Under the pieces are notes generated by a model. The model was not told the DNA's origin. It was given only the letters and a program-made list of their open reading frames with translations, and did no database searches. Below, one piece after another: positions 28,172 through 38,334 of a stretch of 64,000 nucleotides of DNA (positions are counted from its first letter, which is position 1; each line of letters starts with the position of its first letter). Source of the DNA: Vulcanimicrobiota bacterium (lineage in GTDB: Bacteria > Vulcanimicrobiota > Xenobia > Xenobiales > JADMJV01); NCBI GenBank assembly GCA_050250895.1, contig JBFWNU010000001.1, forward strand, positions 3,315,557 through 3,379,556, given 5' to 3'. A program made the position numbers and the translations under genes.

Positions 28172-29586
28172 GGCGCTGCAGCCGCCTGGTAGGCGGTGCT
28201 CCAGAGCTGTCGCAGGAAGGCGTCTTTTTCAACGTAGTCGGAGTGACCCGCACCCGGCGCGACTTGGTAGAGGTGCTTGATCCCGAGGCCGTCGAGCAGT
28301 TGCGAGAATTCGGCCGCCACCGGAGCCAGCCCGAATTCGTCCTTTTCACCGACGTAGAGATAGAGGTGGCCGTCAAAGCGCCGGCGAGCCTCTTCGGGGT
28401 GGGCCCTGGCCCAGAGATAGAGGTCGTGATGAGCCTCCCAGTAGGCCCAGACCTCGGGGTCGATGTGGCCGGTCTGACGGTCGAACATCGGGCGCGGGGC
28501 TCCCAGACTGCCCGGCGAGAAGCAGGCTTCGAAGGCGGCCATCTGGCCGGCCGCGCCGGTCAGCAGCTCGGGTCGGGTGAAGTCTTCCAGCGACAGCGGA
28601 CCGAACAGCATGTGGGGTGAGCCGTCGGCGTGACGATAGACGTTGTCTGAGTCGGGGGCCCACCAGTTCTTGAAGTGGAGCGGGTCAGGCGAGGTGGCCA
28701 GGGCCGTGCCGAAGACATCGGGATAACGCTGGCGGGCCGAGATGGCCGTCCAGCCTCCGCTCGAGTGGCCATAGATGGCCCGGTGGTCGGCCGAGGGCAA
28801 GGTGCGAAAGTGAGCGTCGACGTAGGTCACGATCTCGTCGACCAGAACCTGGCCGCGGGGTCCGTTGGCGGGGGAGTCGAGGTAAAGATGGTGGCCGAAT
28901 TCACCCGAAGAATCGAGGCTGATCAGAATCATCGGGTACTGCTGCATCTCGGCCCGAAAGGAGCGATAGCGCGACAGATAGGTGTAGCGGTTGCCGTTGA
29001 ATCCCGAGGTGACATAGAGGGCTGGGTAGCGGCGAGCCGTCTGGTGATAGCCTGGCGGCAGACCCACCAGAAAACGCACCGTGGCCTGTTCGGGGGTGAA
29101 ACCGGCTGTCAGCAGATGTTGGCTGACGAGTTGGTGCTGTTGATACCAGGCGGGCAGCTTGGGCCGATAGGGTCGGCGCTCGCTGTCGAGAGCGATGCGG
29201 GCGGTTCCCGGCCAGCGCAGCGGCGCGCTACTGTACCACTCGCCCTCGCCGGGACCCATTTCGACCATGAAGTCGGGGCGACTATCGAGATAGGCCGTCA
29301 CCTGTTCGCCGGGTTGGGGCTCGCCGATGTCGACTTCAACACTCTGGCCGGGGGCAAGTTCGATGCCTTTGCGGGCCACGATGCGACTGCCGTAGGCCAT
29401 GTTGGGGCCGGGGGTCTCGGGGCGAAATCGCACCTCGGCGGGGGTCACGAAGATCAGCAAGTTGCCGCGCAAGGTCTGGTCGGCCTGCGAGACCACGATG
29501 AGTGGGTCCGCCCAGACGAAGGCGGTGACCGCCAGCAGAGTGAGCGCGACTCTAAAGATCGAAGACAAGGCTGCGGGTGGCTCCAT
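28168..29586 (-). CDS. Secreted alpha/beta-hydrolase (Fes-like esterase family); start uncertain
   Basis: VGLPPGY...RYPALY, nucleophile elbow GHSSGG, VGEKDEF (acid) and PGAGH (His). Confidence 0.85.
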   Translation of the reverse strand: MEPPAALSSIFRVALTLLAVTAFVWADPLIVVSQADQTLRGNLLIFVTPAEVRFRPETPGPNMAYGSRIVARKGIELAPGQSVEVDIGEPQPGEQVTAYLDSRPDFMVEMGPGEGEWYSSAPLRWPGTARIALDSERRPYRPKLPAWYQQHQLVSQHLLTAGFTPEQATVRFLVGLPPGYHQTARRYPALYVTSGFNGNRYTYLSRYRSFRAEMQQYPMILISLDSSGEFGHHLYLDSPANGPRGQVLVDEIVTYVDAHFRTLPSADHRAIYGHSSGGWTAISARQRYPDVFGTALATSPDPLHFKNWWAPDSDNVYRHADGSPHMLFGPLSLEDFTRPELLTGAAGQMAAFEACFSPGSLGAPRPMFDRQTGHIDPEVWAYWEAHHDLYLWARAHPEEARRRFDGHLYLYVGEKDEFGLAPVAAEFSQLLDGLGIKHLYQVAPGAGHSDYVEKDAFLRQLWSTAYQAAAAP

Positions 29587-30637
29587 AGGTCTTGTCGAGC
29601 TTGCCGGGGGCCTCGAAGAGCAGGCGCACCGGCTTGACGTTCTTGGGCAGATGAAAGGCAAGATGGCCGGTGGCGGTGGCGCCCGAGTTGAGCTTGGCCC
29701 GGCGCGGAAAGCCGCCCACCAGGGCCCAGGTGGTGGTCTCTTGATAGACGCCGGCGATGCGATGAAGCTTGCCTTGCGAATCTTCGAGTTGCCAGAAGGG
29801 AATCTCGAAGCCGATGTCAGCCTTGTCTGGTTGAAGGTTCTTGGCTTCGAGGCCGATGAGCACCACCGAGCCGCCCTTGTCGAACAGGGTCCGCTTCACG
29901 TAGGCGAAGTGTTTGTCGGCTTCGGGGCCGCTGAGCCGGTCGCTCCAGGGCAGCGAGCGATAACCGTCGGCGGCGGTGACCTGACGAAAGTCGGTCACGC
30001 GCATCTTCCAGTGCCCGTTGTCCTTCCAGGCGGCCTCGGGAAGTTGCGGCTTGAGGGCGGTCGGGCCGTCGGAGTCGCTCTCGGCCAACCGGGCGACCAG
30101 GGTTTCGGATTTGCCCACCCATTGCTCCATCGCGCTCGAAGCGCGATAGAGCAGCAGGCGGGGCGAGCGGTTGGCCGGCAGGATGAAGCCGAATTTCCCG
30201 CGCAGACTCTGGCCTTTGGCCACCTTCGCCTGAGTCGGTAGGCCGTCGCTCAAGAACTCGGGGATCTGGGTGTGCAGAGTGCCCGAATTGCGGATCTCCT
30301 GACCGTCATCGCAACGCACCATCCACATCGGCATGCTATAGCCGATCTCCAGACCGCCGTGGCTGGCGTTGCGCAGGCTGATGTCGAGAATGACGACTTT
30401 GCCCCCACGTCCGAAAGCCAGCCGCTGCACCTCGGCCAGATGGCCGTCGAGCCCTTCGGCCGGCCGCCAATCCAGCTGCCGGTAGTGCTCGAGGTCGGCA
30501 ATCACCTGGATCTCGTTGACCTTGAGGTGCCAGAGATCGTTGCTGATCCACGCCTGGGCTGGTCCGATGTTGTGGTGGGGCTCGGCCCAACCTGGGATGA
30601 CAAGAAGAAGCACGAGAAGAAGCGACCACTTTTGCAT
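29552..30637 (-). CDS. Secreted protein with two homologous Ig-like (DUF4352-like) domains
   Basis: Signal peptide. Duplicated blocks NDLWHLKV...GGKVVIL...GKFGFILP and NGHWKMRV...GGSVVLI...GHLAFHLP. Confidence 0.75.
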   Translation of the reverse strand: MQKWSLLLVLLLVIPGWAEPHHNIGPAQAWISNDLWHLKVNEIQVIADLEHYRQLDWRPAEGLDGHLAEVQRLAFGRGGKVVILDISLRNASHGGLEIGYSMPMWMVRCDDGQEIRNSGTLHTQIPEFLSDGLPTQAKVAKGQSLRGKFGFILPANRSPRLLLYRASSAMEQWVGKSETLVARLAESDSDGPTALKPQLPEAAWKDNGHWKMRVTDFRQVTAADGYRSLPWSDRLSGPEADKHFAYVKRTLFDKGGSVVLIGLEAKNLQPDKADIGFEIPFWQLEDSQGKLHRIAGVYQETTTWALVGGFPRRAKLNSGATATGHLAFHLPKNVKPVRLLFEAPGKLDKTYGATRSLVFDL

Positions 30638-30677
30638 GGGGCGGCCTTCTCAGCCGCGAGCCCAGAACCTGCCGAAC

Positions 30678-30711
30678 GAAAAGACCCCACGCGCCTGGAA
30701 CGCGGGGGGTC
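30678..30711 (-). terminator. Intrinsic terminator after 30759..31106
   Basis: Minus strand GACCCCCCGCG-loop-CGCGTGGGGTC followed by TTTT. Confidence 0.7.
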
Positions 30712-30758
30712 AAGCCTGGGGCATCAAGCCGAAGCCTGACGCCGGGTAACTCTATCGG

Positions 30759-31106
30759 TTAGCGGTTGACGATCTCGAGTTCGAGATCAGGATTCTGATC
30801 CAGAGCCGCGACGGCTTCGTCACGGGTCAACCAGTTGCCGGTCTGGGCATACGTCTGGTAGCGGTAGTAGCCCGGCAGCGACATATAGTCGGCTTCTTCG
30901 GTGAAGGGCTCGAGCTCGCCAAATGCGATCGATTCCTTTTCGGCCGCATCGTCAAAGGTGCGGTAGTTGTGTTCGTACTGCATCCAGTCGGTGACCGGGG
31001 TGGGCTCGACGGTGTCGGTGTTCATCTGTTCCTGAGCGGTAGCCGGGAAGGTCGCACCAAACGCCAGCACGGCGGTAGTCAGGGCGGTAATCAAAGTCTT
31101 TCTCAT
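30759..31106 (-). CDS. Small secreted hypothetical protein
   Basis: GGAGG RBS; signal peptide ending ATA; YMSLPGYYRYQTY. Confidence 0.85.
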   Translation of the reverse strand: MRKTLITALTTAVLAFGATFPATAQEQMNTDTVEPTPVTDWMQYEHNYRTFDDAAEKESIAFGELEPFTEEADYMSLPGYYRYQTYAQTGNWLTRDEAVAALDQNPDLELEIVNR

Positions 31107-31275
31107 GGTTAGTTCCTCCGTTTTGTAGGACGATTGGTCATCCTGTTATCCTCATTGTAAAGCCGACCCGCGGTGAGAAGAGAGGCTCGCTGGGAGGCGC
31201 TTGGGGCATCCTTGTGGCTGCACCCGGTAAGTTAGTCCACAAAGGCCTGAAGGGATGCGCCTAGAAGAATCCGGG

Positions 31276-31815
31276 ATGGAGAACTTCTTTCAGCACTGGC
31301 TCGAATACCACCGCGCGCGAAGGGTGATATCGCTGGTGGTGGGAGTGCTCGTGCTTTTGGGACTGTGGCTGGGCGGTATGGGCAACAAGCTCAAAGAGTT
31401 CGGTTTCTCGTCGAAGACCTTCCAGTCTGACGACGGCCGGATCGAAGTGACGCTACCCGCCCGCTGGAAGAGCGAGTTGACCTCGAAGGGGTGGAAGTTC
31501 ACTCCCTATCAGGATGCCACCGAGACCTATTTCACCAACGTCGTTTTGGAGTTCATCGGCCCGAAAGACCTCGAGGCTCACAGCAAGTACCTCAAGGCGG
31601 AAGAAGAGGTCTCGGTAGCGGGGTATCCAGCCCGCCGCTGGGATTACTACGCTCCGCGCAACTACTCCGATCGAAAGACCGACCTGGAGGGGGTCGCCAT
31701 GCTGGTGAAATGCGACCCGCCGCTCCTGATTCTGTTTCTGGGAAAGGCCAAACAGACCGAGCGGTTCCAGTCTGACTTCGAGAGTCTCCTCTCGAGCTTA
31801 AAGCTACATCTCTAG
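31276..31815 (+). CDS. Membrane-anchored hypothetical protein (PsbP-like fold possible)
   Basis: One TM helix, then IEVTLPARW, SVAGYPA and FESLLSSLK. Confidence 0.7.
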   Translation: MENFFQHWLEYHRARRVISLVVGVLVLLGLWLGGMGNKLKEFGFSSKTFQSDDGRIEVTLPARWKSELTSKGWKFTPYQDATETYFTNVVLEFIGPKDLEAHSKYLKAEEEVSVAGYPARRWDYYAPRNYSDRKTDLEGVAMLVKCDPPLLILFLGKAKQTERFQSDFESLLSSLKLHL

Positions 31816-31817
31816 CC

Positions 31818-33023
31818 TCAGTCGAGGCGTCCAGGCGGGTGGCGCAACCCGTGGGCAGCCAGACTCCGGCGTTTGCGAAAGGCGGCAAGCACGGCCGCCA
31901 TCTCTTCTTCGAGCTGCTCTCGCAAACGGGTGAACTTCTCGTTTTCGACCACCCCTAGACTGGAGGCGTCGAAATCGAGGCCGTCGGCGGCGGCGAAGCT
32001 GATCCCACGGCTGCTGCCGACCGGGCGGAGCCCGTTAAAGACGACCACTCCGTGATGCACCAACACCAGAATGCCTGCCTGGGCGGAAGGGTCGGCCAGC
32101 AGATAGTGAGACGAAACCAGCTGATGACCCGCTCGAATCTGGGATACCGGCTGGAGGCCCTCCGCCGTTCTCTCGTAGTGGAGCGCAAGGAGGGCGTGAT
32201 ACCACTCGCCTTCCCAGTCCGGACCGTAGAGGTCCTCGAGGCCCTCCATCTGGACCGGTCCCCAAACGGGCTGGGGTTCGTGACTCGGGGCCGGGCGCTC
32301 TCCATAGACCTCGGCTCGAGCCCAGTACTGATAACTGTGAGAGTTGACCACCATCGTCACATTGCTTCGGAACATGGTGGTTTCCATTTCGGTTCTCACC
32401 TTGCCGCCGCTGGCGGCATATCGACTGCAAAGCTCCGGAGGCCGTAGCCGCCGGCTGCCCAGATAGACGGGGATGCCCGAAAAGCAGCACCTTCGGCTGA
32501 GGGTGTCGTGGAGGGCGGAGCGAAGCTTCAGGCTTCGTTGCAGGCCACCTACGGACCACCGGGTCAGGAATTTGAACTGCAGATCGGTCCGGTCGGCCTC
32601 GTCTGAATCGACCGCGATCACGGTTCCATCGCGGGCGAAAGAGACAAGTTCACCCCCGGCCAGTCTCCAGGAGACGCTGGCCACATCCTGGGCCAGACCC
32701 CCCAGCACGCCCATGAGCAGGTGATGGATGGGTTCGGCCTCGTGGCTCGGTGGGACCGAGAAGGCTTGGAGCAGACTGTGGCCATGAAACCGGCAGCCCG
32801 GTGCCGAGAGCTTGAGCGACGAGCGACCCACCGCGCAGCGAACCTCGCTGGCCCCGGCCGAAATCAACCCCTGCACGAGCTTGAGGGCGAACAGCCCGGG
32901 GTGGGCGGCCACCGCTTGCTGCAGCGGGCGCAGTCGATTCTCGGCGGCCAGCGTGAACTCGCCACTAGAATGGTGGGTCCCCTGGCTGCCGAGGCTTTCG
33001 AGAAAGTTGGAGAGGTCCAGCAC
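31818..33023 (-). CDS. Degenerate GHKL/Hsp90-like protein (paralogue 2)
   Basis: SSGEFTL, KLVQGLISAGASEV and LDFDASSLGVVEN. Confidence 0.7.
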   Translation of the reverse strand: MLDLSNFLESLGSQGTHHSSGEFTLAAENRLRPLQQAVAAHPGLFALKLVQGLISAGASEVRCAVGRSSLKLSAPGCRFHGHSLLQAFSVPPSHEAEPIHHLLMGVLGGLAQDVASVSWRLAGGELVSFARDGTVIAVDSDEADRTDLQFKFLTRWSVGGLQRSLKLRSALHDTLSRRCCFSGIPVYLGSRRLRPPELCSRYAASGGKVRTEMETTMFRSNVTMVVNSHSYQYWARAEVYGERPAPSHEPQPVWGPVQMEGLEDLYGPDWEGEWYHALLALHYERTAEGLQPVSQIRAGHQLVSSHYLLADPSAQAGILVLVHHGVVVFNGLRPVGSSRGISFAAADGLDFDASSLGVVENEKFTRLREQLEEEMAAVLAAFRKRRSLAAHGLRHPPGRLD

Positions 33024-33056
33024 GGGTCGGAATTCTTGCCGGAACGAGCCCGTCCT

Positions 33057-34295
33057 CTAGCGGACGAACTCGTCCCAACCCTGGCCCCCGCGCAGGCCGG
33101 CCATCTCGACGATTCGCTCGCACAGGCGGGCGTGGCCCTCGAGGCCAGCCAGGTCCAACAGGCCGAAGAACTCGGTGGGAGTCTCGGTGAAGAACTCGAA
33201 TTCGCCCTGGTCCCAGCTCACCACGGCTTTGCGACAGCCCAGCTGGGGGTCGGTTACGAAGCGAAGATTGCGCACCGCGCTCCAGTCGCAGGCGGCCTGC
33301 TGTCCCTCTTGCTCGAAGCGCAGTCCGTTGGGACTCACCAGAATGCGGGTGTCCGCACAGCGACGACTGAGTTGGCGGTCGCGATAGAGGGCTCGCAGCC
33401 AGAAGGGAAGGAAGAGCGAGGCCACCAGCGGGATCGTGGGCGAGAGGCCCAGCCAGGCCCACGAGAGTGCCGCCCCCGCGGTCGTCACAGCACTCGCCCA
33501 GGCATAGTCGGCTTCGCTCCGTTCGCCGCTGGGGTAGCTGAAAGTCTCTTGCTCGGGAACCTTCAGCGCCGTGCGCAACTCGGCCGCGCTCTGGTAACGC
33601 TTCTCGGGTTCGAGCTGGGTGGCTTTGCGCACCACCCCGGCCAATCGCGGCGCGCCCTCGAGGGCCGGCAAGCGAAACGGCGACAGAGCCGGGTCATAGC
33701 CGCTGACCAGATGGTGCAGCAACACTCCCAGGGCATAGAGGTCGGCGCGAGCGTCGGTTTGGGTCTGGCCGTACTGTTCGGGTGCGGCATAGCCGGGAGT
33801 GCCCATCACGACCGTGTCGCGGGACTGGCCGAGCTTGTGAAAGCGGGCGATTCCGAAGTCGACCAGCCACAGGTGGCCGCGCCCGTCACGCATGACGTTG
33901 CCCGGCTTGAGGTCGCGATAGACCAGGCCGTGGGAGTGGAGATAGTCGAGGGCGTCGCACAGCACCAGTCCCACTTCGACTGCCTGGCCCTCGTCAAGCC
34001 CCGCCTCGAGCTCCTTGCCTTCCACCAGTTGCATGACCAGATAGCGACAATCGCCCTCGACGAAGTGGTCGCTGACCCGCGGCAGGTTCGGATGCTCGAG
34101 AGTGGCCAGGATCTCGGCTTCGCGCGTGAACTGCGCCACCGCCTCGCCGTCGGCCGGTTCTTTCATCTGCTTGAGCGCCCAGCGACCGGGCAGGCGAGAG
34201 TCACTTACCTCATAGACATAGCTCATGCCACCCTCACCCAGCAGTCGCTCGACCTGATAGCGGCCTCCCACTTTGGTTCCGGCTGGCAAGATCAT
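33057..34295 (-). CDS. Hanks-type Ser/Thr protein kinase with C-terminal TM segments
   Basis: GEGGMSYVY, ALK, YRDLKPGN, DFG, GTPGYAAPE and DLYALG. Confidence 0.95.
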   Translation of the reverse strand: MILPAGTKVGGRYQVERLLGEGGMSYVYEVSDSRLPGRWALKQMKEPADGEAVAQFTREAEILATLEHPNLPRVSDHFVEGDCRYLVMQLVEGKELEAGLDEGQAVEVGLVLCDALDYLHSHGLVYRDLKPGNVMRDGRGHLWLVDFGIARFHKLGQSRDTVVMGTPGYAAPEQYGQTQTDARADLYALGVLLHHLVSGYDPALSPFRLPALEGAPRLAGVVRKATQLEPEKRYQSAAELRTALKVPEQETFSYPSGERSEADYAWASAVTTAGAALSWAWLGLSPTIPLVASLFLPFWLRALYRDRQLSRRCADTRILVSPNGLRFEQEGQQAACDWSAVRNLRFVTDPQLGCRKAVVSWDQGEFEFFTETPTEFFGLLDLAGLEGHARLCERIVEMAGLRGGQGWDEFVR

Positions 34296-35941
34296 GGTTG
34301 CTCCAATCGCAGCCCGCCCAGGTCGACACTCTGCTCACCGACCGTCACCGTCCCGGGAGGGTTGGTCACAGCCAGCGGCAGGCGCGAGGCCAAAACATAG
34401 CTACCGGGCTCGAGGGAAGTGAACTCGAAGCGTCCCTGGCTATCGGTCTCGGTCACCCGCAAGGCCGTCCAGCCCCAGTAGCCGACCTCCGTTCGCAGCG
34501 TGCGCTCGGCCGCGTCCTCGCCTCCCGAGAGCAGGCGCAAGCGCGCTCCCGCCAGGGGCTGACCGTCGGCGTGCAGCAAACGACCGTGAAGACGGCCGGC
34601 GGGCGGATTCAAACAGAGCTGGTACCATTCTTCGATGGCTTGATTGTCGGGCAGCAACTGGCGGGCTCTTTGAGCCTGAGGCAAGAAATCGGGATGGGGT
34701 GCCAGCCCCGGAATGCCGGCCGGGCCGGTGCCCCACCAGCCCCGGCGGGCGGGACGCATCTTCTCGAGCAAAGGTAGCGCTTCGGCAAAGCCGGGCAGCG
34801 GTTCCCACCGGCTCATCTCGGCCTGGCGCAGGTCGTTGTTGATGAAGACGCTGGCATAAAGGCTCTGGGGTGGTGGGCTGTCCACCACCCCGTCCGACTC
34901 GACCCAGGTCAGCGGTCTGGTCCACAACTGGGTCTTCATGGGCACGTGGGCCGGTTCTTCCCCGGGGTGGCTGACCAGCCCCAGCAGGTCCAGGCGGGCG
35001 CCGCCCAGCACCACCAGGCCCAGCACCAGCCCGGCCAAAAGCGAGGGACGCAGGTCCACCACCACCTCGAAGAAGGTCGAGGCCAGCACCGTCAACCCTA
35101 CCCCGGTCAGTACCAGCCAGGCCATTAACTGCGGTGCCTCCAGCATGTGCCGCAGGTAATACATTTGGGGCACTCCTAATAGGCGCAGAAAGCCCTCGAG
35201 CAAGTGGCGGCCCTGCCAGGCCCAGCTGCAGCTCAAAGCGGCCAGACCAAGGGCGCCATAGAAAGTGATAGCGGCGGCCGGAACGCCGCCTTGCAACCGG
35301 CGCACGCCCATCCACCAGAACAGGATCGGCACCAGCGCCAAGGGCCAGGTGGTGGCCAGCAACCCCTCCGGTCGTTCATAGAACGAGCCGTAACAAGTCA
35401 TCGCGTAGATGGCCGCAAAACCCAGGTGGGGTAGAGCGGTGACGGCCGTCAGCAGGCCCAGCATGCGGCCCGTCGAGAGCGGTTGATGCAAGTCGCCCAA
35501 CCGCAGGGAGCGCACCCAATTGACCAGCAGAACCAGCACCAGGATGACCGTAGGCACCCCCGGCACCACCAGGCTGTCTTTCACGATGCCGTACTCGAAG
35601 CCAGGAATGCGGCCCGTTTGCCAGGCCAGGTCGGCCGCCCCCACCAGGCTGCAGCCGGCCAGGGCCAGTGCTGCCGCCGGCCAGAGGTGGCGGATTTCGG
35701 CCGGCCGTTGGCGGCGATTGGGCAACCACCAGCTCGGCTGACTGTGCACCTGAGCGGCCACCCGCTCGGCAAAATCGTCGGCCAGGGCCGGACTGGGCAA
35801 GCCGGCCAATTCGCGGAACAGATTCGACCGTTCGGCGTGCTGGCGCTGGCAATCAGAGCACTCTTCGAGGTGGGCGAACACCTCGGCCGGAGCCTCTTGC
35901 CGTTGCTCGGTGAGCAGTTGCTGGACGCGCTCGCAGTTCAT
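34292..35941 (-). CDS. Zinc-finger (HxxxCxxC) anti-sigma factor, multi-TM, with C-terminal carboxypeptidase-regulatory-like domain
   Basis: MNCERVQQLL...HLEECSDC; ATGA overlap with the sigma gene; TETDSQGRFEFTSLEPGSY. Confidence 0.82.
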   Translation of the reverse strand: MNCERVQQLLTEQRQEAPAEVFAHLEECSDCQRQHAERSNLFRELAGLPSPALADDFAERVAAQVHSQPSWWLPNRRQRPAEIRHLWPAAALALAGCSLVGAADLAWQTGRIPGFEYGIVKDSLVVPGVPTVILVLVLLVNWVRSLRLGDLHQPLSTGRMLGLLTAVTALPHLGFAAIYAMTCYGSFYERPEGLLATTWPLALVPILFWWMGVRRLQGGVPAAAITFYGALGLAALSCSWAWQGRHLLEGFLRLLGVPQMYYLRHMLEAPQLMAWLVLTGVGLTVLASTFFEVVVDLRPSLLAGLVLGLVVLGGARLDLLGLVSHPGEEPAHVPMKTQLWTRPLTWVESDGVVDSPPPQSLYASVFINNDLRQAEMSRWEPLPGFAEALPLLEKMRPARRGWWGTGPAGIPGLAPHPDFLPQAQRARQLLPDNQAIEEWYQLCLNPPAGRLHGRLLHADGQPLAGARLRLLSGGEDAAERTLRTEVGYWGWTALRVTETDSQGRFEFTSLEPGSYVLASRLPLAVTNPPGTVTVGEQSVDLGGLRLEQP

Positions 35942-36468
35942 GACTTGCGCTCCTTCCAAAGCTTCTCGAAACGCACTCGGCCGGCGCTCAGGCGACTGCG
36001 TACGGTGCCCACCGGCACCTCCATGACCTCGGCCATCTCCTCGTACGAGAAGCCGAGCATGTCGCGCAAGAGCACGGCCTCGCGCTCGATGGGAGTCAAC
36101 TCGGCCAGGGTCTGGCGTAGTTGCACCCGGGTCACGGCCGTCTCGTCGGGGCCGGTTTCGAGCGAGGCCTGCTCCTCGATCTCGACGGTGGGCCGCCGTT
36201 GCTTGAGCGATTTGTAGCACAGGCGCCGCAGAATGCGGGCCAACCAGGCTCGCACCTGAGCCGGCTCGCGCAACTGGTGCAGGCGGGCGAGACCGGTCAG
36301 ATAGGTCTCTTGCAGCAGGTCTTGAGCGGCGTGGAAATCGCCCACCATGCCGTGGGCCAACCGCAGCAAGAAGTCCTGGGTGCGACGAACCAGCTCGGCC
36401 GTGGCTCGTTGGTCCCCGGACTGAATGCGGCCTACCAGTTCGGCAAGATCGACCGAGTTTGGTGGCAA
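35938..36468 (-). CDS. ECF RNA polymerase sigma factor
   Basis: AQDLLQETYL, WLARI and FSYEEMAEVMEVPVGTVRSRL. Confidence 0.93.
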   Translation of the reverse strand: MPPNSVDLAELVGRIQSGDQRATAELVRRTQDFLLRLAHGMVGDFHAAQDLLQETYLTGLARLHQLREPAQVRAWLARILRRLCYKSLKQRRPTVEIEEQASLETGPDETAVTRVQLRQTLAELTPIEREAVLLRDMLGFSYEEMAEVMEVPVGTVRSRLSAGRVRFEKLWKERKS

Positions 36469-36617
36469 CCGGCTACTATATGCTCCCGCGATCAGAATGA
36501 GATGGTCCTCCCCAGCGTAGAGGAGCCAATCTGGCCAAAAGTTCGGTCGAAAGAAAAATTACCCTGGACCGAACTTTTTGCCTGTCAGTCCTCTCATCGC
36601 AGGGAGGACTTACCGAT

Positions 36618-37442
36618 ATGCAACAGGAGAAGAGTTTGACCGAGGTGGCCGTGCACGCCGCTAAAGTCAGAGTGCATCAGGGCCGCCGCTTACTTCGCTG
36701 GTGGCTACAGCCGCGCCACTATCCCCGCCCGCGCCTGGCCTCGGGCGGCTTCGACCACCTGCTGTGGCGCAAATCCGTGCCCATCGAGCGCGGTGACGCC
36801 GACGCCCACCCCCTGCTCGAGGCCGGCAAGCTCACCAATCTCAGGCTGGCCGCTCCCTACTTCGACGGGCTGGAGCTTGGCCCGGGCCAGCCGCTATCCT
36901 TCTGGCGGACACTCGGCCAGGTAAGCGCCCGGCGCGGCTTTCGCCACGGCATGGAACTCAAGGCGGGTTGCATCGTGCCCGCCCTGGGCGGCGGCCTCTG
37001 CCTGCTCTCGAACGAACTCTTCGTGCTGGCCGCCCAGCTGGGCTGGACCATCCTCGAGCGCTACGGTCACACCATGGAGGCCGTTCCCAGCTATACTCGC
37101 CCCTGGGGACTCGACGCGACCATCTTCTGGCCCTATGTCGACCTGCGCGTCGAGCCGCCTTATCCGTGTCGCCTCGAGGTCAAGGCCGGCCACGAACTCT
37201 CGCTGGTAGTGCGCGGCCGCCAGCCCCTCTCGGGACGGGTCGAACTCTATTCTCGCGATGATGCGGTGGGGGACGGCTGGCGCTCGAACACCCTGATGCG
37301 ACGCCGCTTCGACAGCCAGGGCAAGCTGTTGGCCGACGAGGTCATCGGCCACAACCGCAAGCGCATCCTGACCAGTCCGGCCCGTCGTCGCAATTGCCTG
37401 ACCTGTGGCGAGACGGCCTGCAAAGCGAGGGTGCAGCTATGA
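36618..37442 (+). CDS. VanW-family protein
   Basis: NLRLAA, SFWRTLG, GGGLCLLSN, ILERYGH and GLDATIFWPYVDL; GGAGG RBS. Confidence 0.85.
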   Translation: MQQEKSLTEVAVHAAKVRVHQGRRLLRWWLQPRHYPRPRLASGGFDHLLWRKSVPIERGDADAHPLLEAGKLTNLRLAAPYFDGLELGPGQPLSFWRTLGQVSARRGFRHGMELKAGCIVPALGGGLCLLSNELFVLAAQLGWTILERYGHTMEAVPSYTRPWGLDATIFWPYVDLRVEPPYPCRLEVKAGHELSLVVRGRQPLSGRVELYSRDDAVGDGWRSNTLMRRRFDSQGKLLADEVIGHNRKRILTSPARRRNCLTCGETACKARVQL

Positions 37443-38314
37443 TGGTGGTCGCTCCCGAGCCTTGCGGCTGGTTGTCGCTGGTGTCCGGTCGGCTGGTAGC
37501 CCCCTGGGCTCTGCCCCGCCTGCCCATCCCTTTCTTCCGCCGTCGCCACCAGCCCGGCGCCCGCGGTTGGCCCGGCTTCTTCTTGCTCGAAGCCGGCCTG
37601 CGCCTGTGGGCCGGACGTAACGTCACTCGCTCGCTGCGGGCCCGCTTCTGGCTGCGGCGGCTGGTGGGCTCGCGGCTGCGCTCACCAGGGGATGAGCCGG
37701 TCGTGGTGGCCACGCTCTCGGCTCTCGAGCTGTTCAGTCACCACCCCGGCAAGAAGATCCTGATGCTCGATCTGCCCTTGCTTCGCCAACTACACGCTGA
37801 CCTCGATCAGGCCGCCCGGCATCACCCCCACAGCCCGTTCCTCCACCGCTTTCGGGCTCCCCACGCGGTAGTGGCCCGGCAAGAGGCCGAACTGGCCCTG
37901 GCCGACGAGGTGTGGGTGCTGGGTCCTTACGCCGAGACCTTACTGAGCGGCTATCCCGTGCGCCGCCTCGACCGCCCCGTCGCCCCCCGCCCGGCCCAGG
38001 GCACGGACTGGCTCTTGGCCGGCCCGGCCACGGCCCGCAACGGAGTCTACCAGGCCCTGGAGCTACTCGAACGCTTTCCCCAGGCGCGCTTGCGCGTCAA
38101 TCCCGGCGAAGGCCTCGAGCCCTTCGACCTGCTCGACCACCCCCGCGTTACCCCGGCGGGCGACCTCGAAGGCGTGGGTCTGGTGCTGGCTCTGAGCTGG
38201 TGCGAAAGCTATCCCGCCGAAGCCCGCAGCGGCCTGCCCCTCCTCGCCACTCGACCGGCCGGCGGCGACCTCGTCCCCGGAGACCTCGAAGGCCTGGTCT
38301 CTCGTCTCGGCTAG
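37439..38314 (+). CDS. Hypothetical protein, glycosyltransferase-like (GT-B), coupled to vanW
   Basis: ATGA overlap; ELALADEVWV, ARNG and SWCESY resemble GT4 motifs. Confidence 0.6.
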   Translation: MMVVAPEPCGWLSLVSGRLVAPWALPRLPIPFFRRRHQPGARGWPGFFLLEAGLRLWAGRNVTRSLRARFWLRRLVGSRLRSPGDEPVVVATLSALELFSHHPGKKILMLDLPLLRQLHADLDQAARHHPHSPFLHRFRAPHAVVARQEAELALADEVWVLGPYAETLLSGYPVRRLDRPVAPRPAQGTDWLLAGPATARNGVYQALELLERFPQARLRVNPGEGLEPFDLLDHPRVTPAGDLEGVGLVLALSWCESYPAEARSGLPLLATRPAGGDLVPGDLEGLVSRLG

Positions 38315-38334
38315 CTCTGTCTGGCTCGGCCCGC

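Noticed and set aside
32721-34400. 559-aa plus-strand ORF
   Set aside because: Antisense to the Ser/Thr kinase.
35942-36220. N-terminal extension of the 642-aa ORF
   Set aside because: It overlaps the ECF sigma gene; the ATG at 35941 begins the ZAS motif and gives an ATGA overlap.
36618-37442. Vancomycin resistance locus
   Set aside because: VanW-family proteins are widespread, and there are no vanHAX or vanRS genes here.
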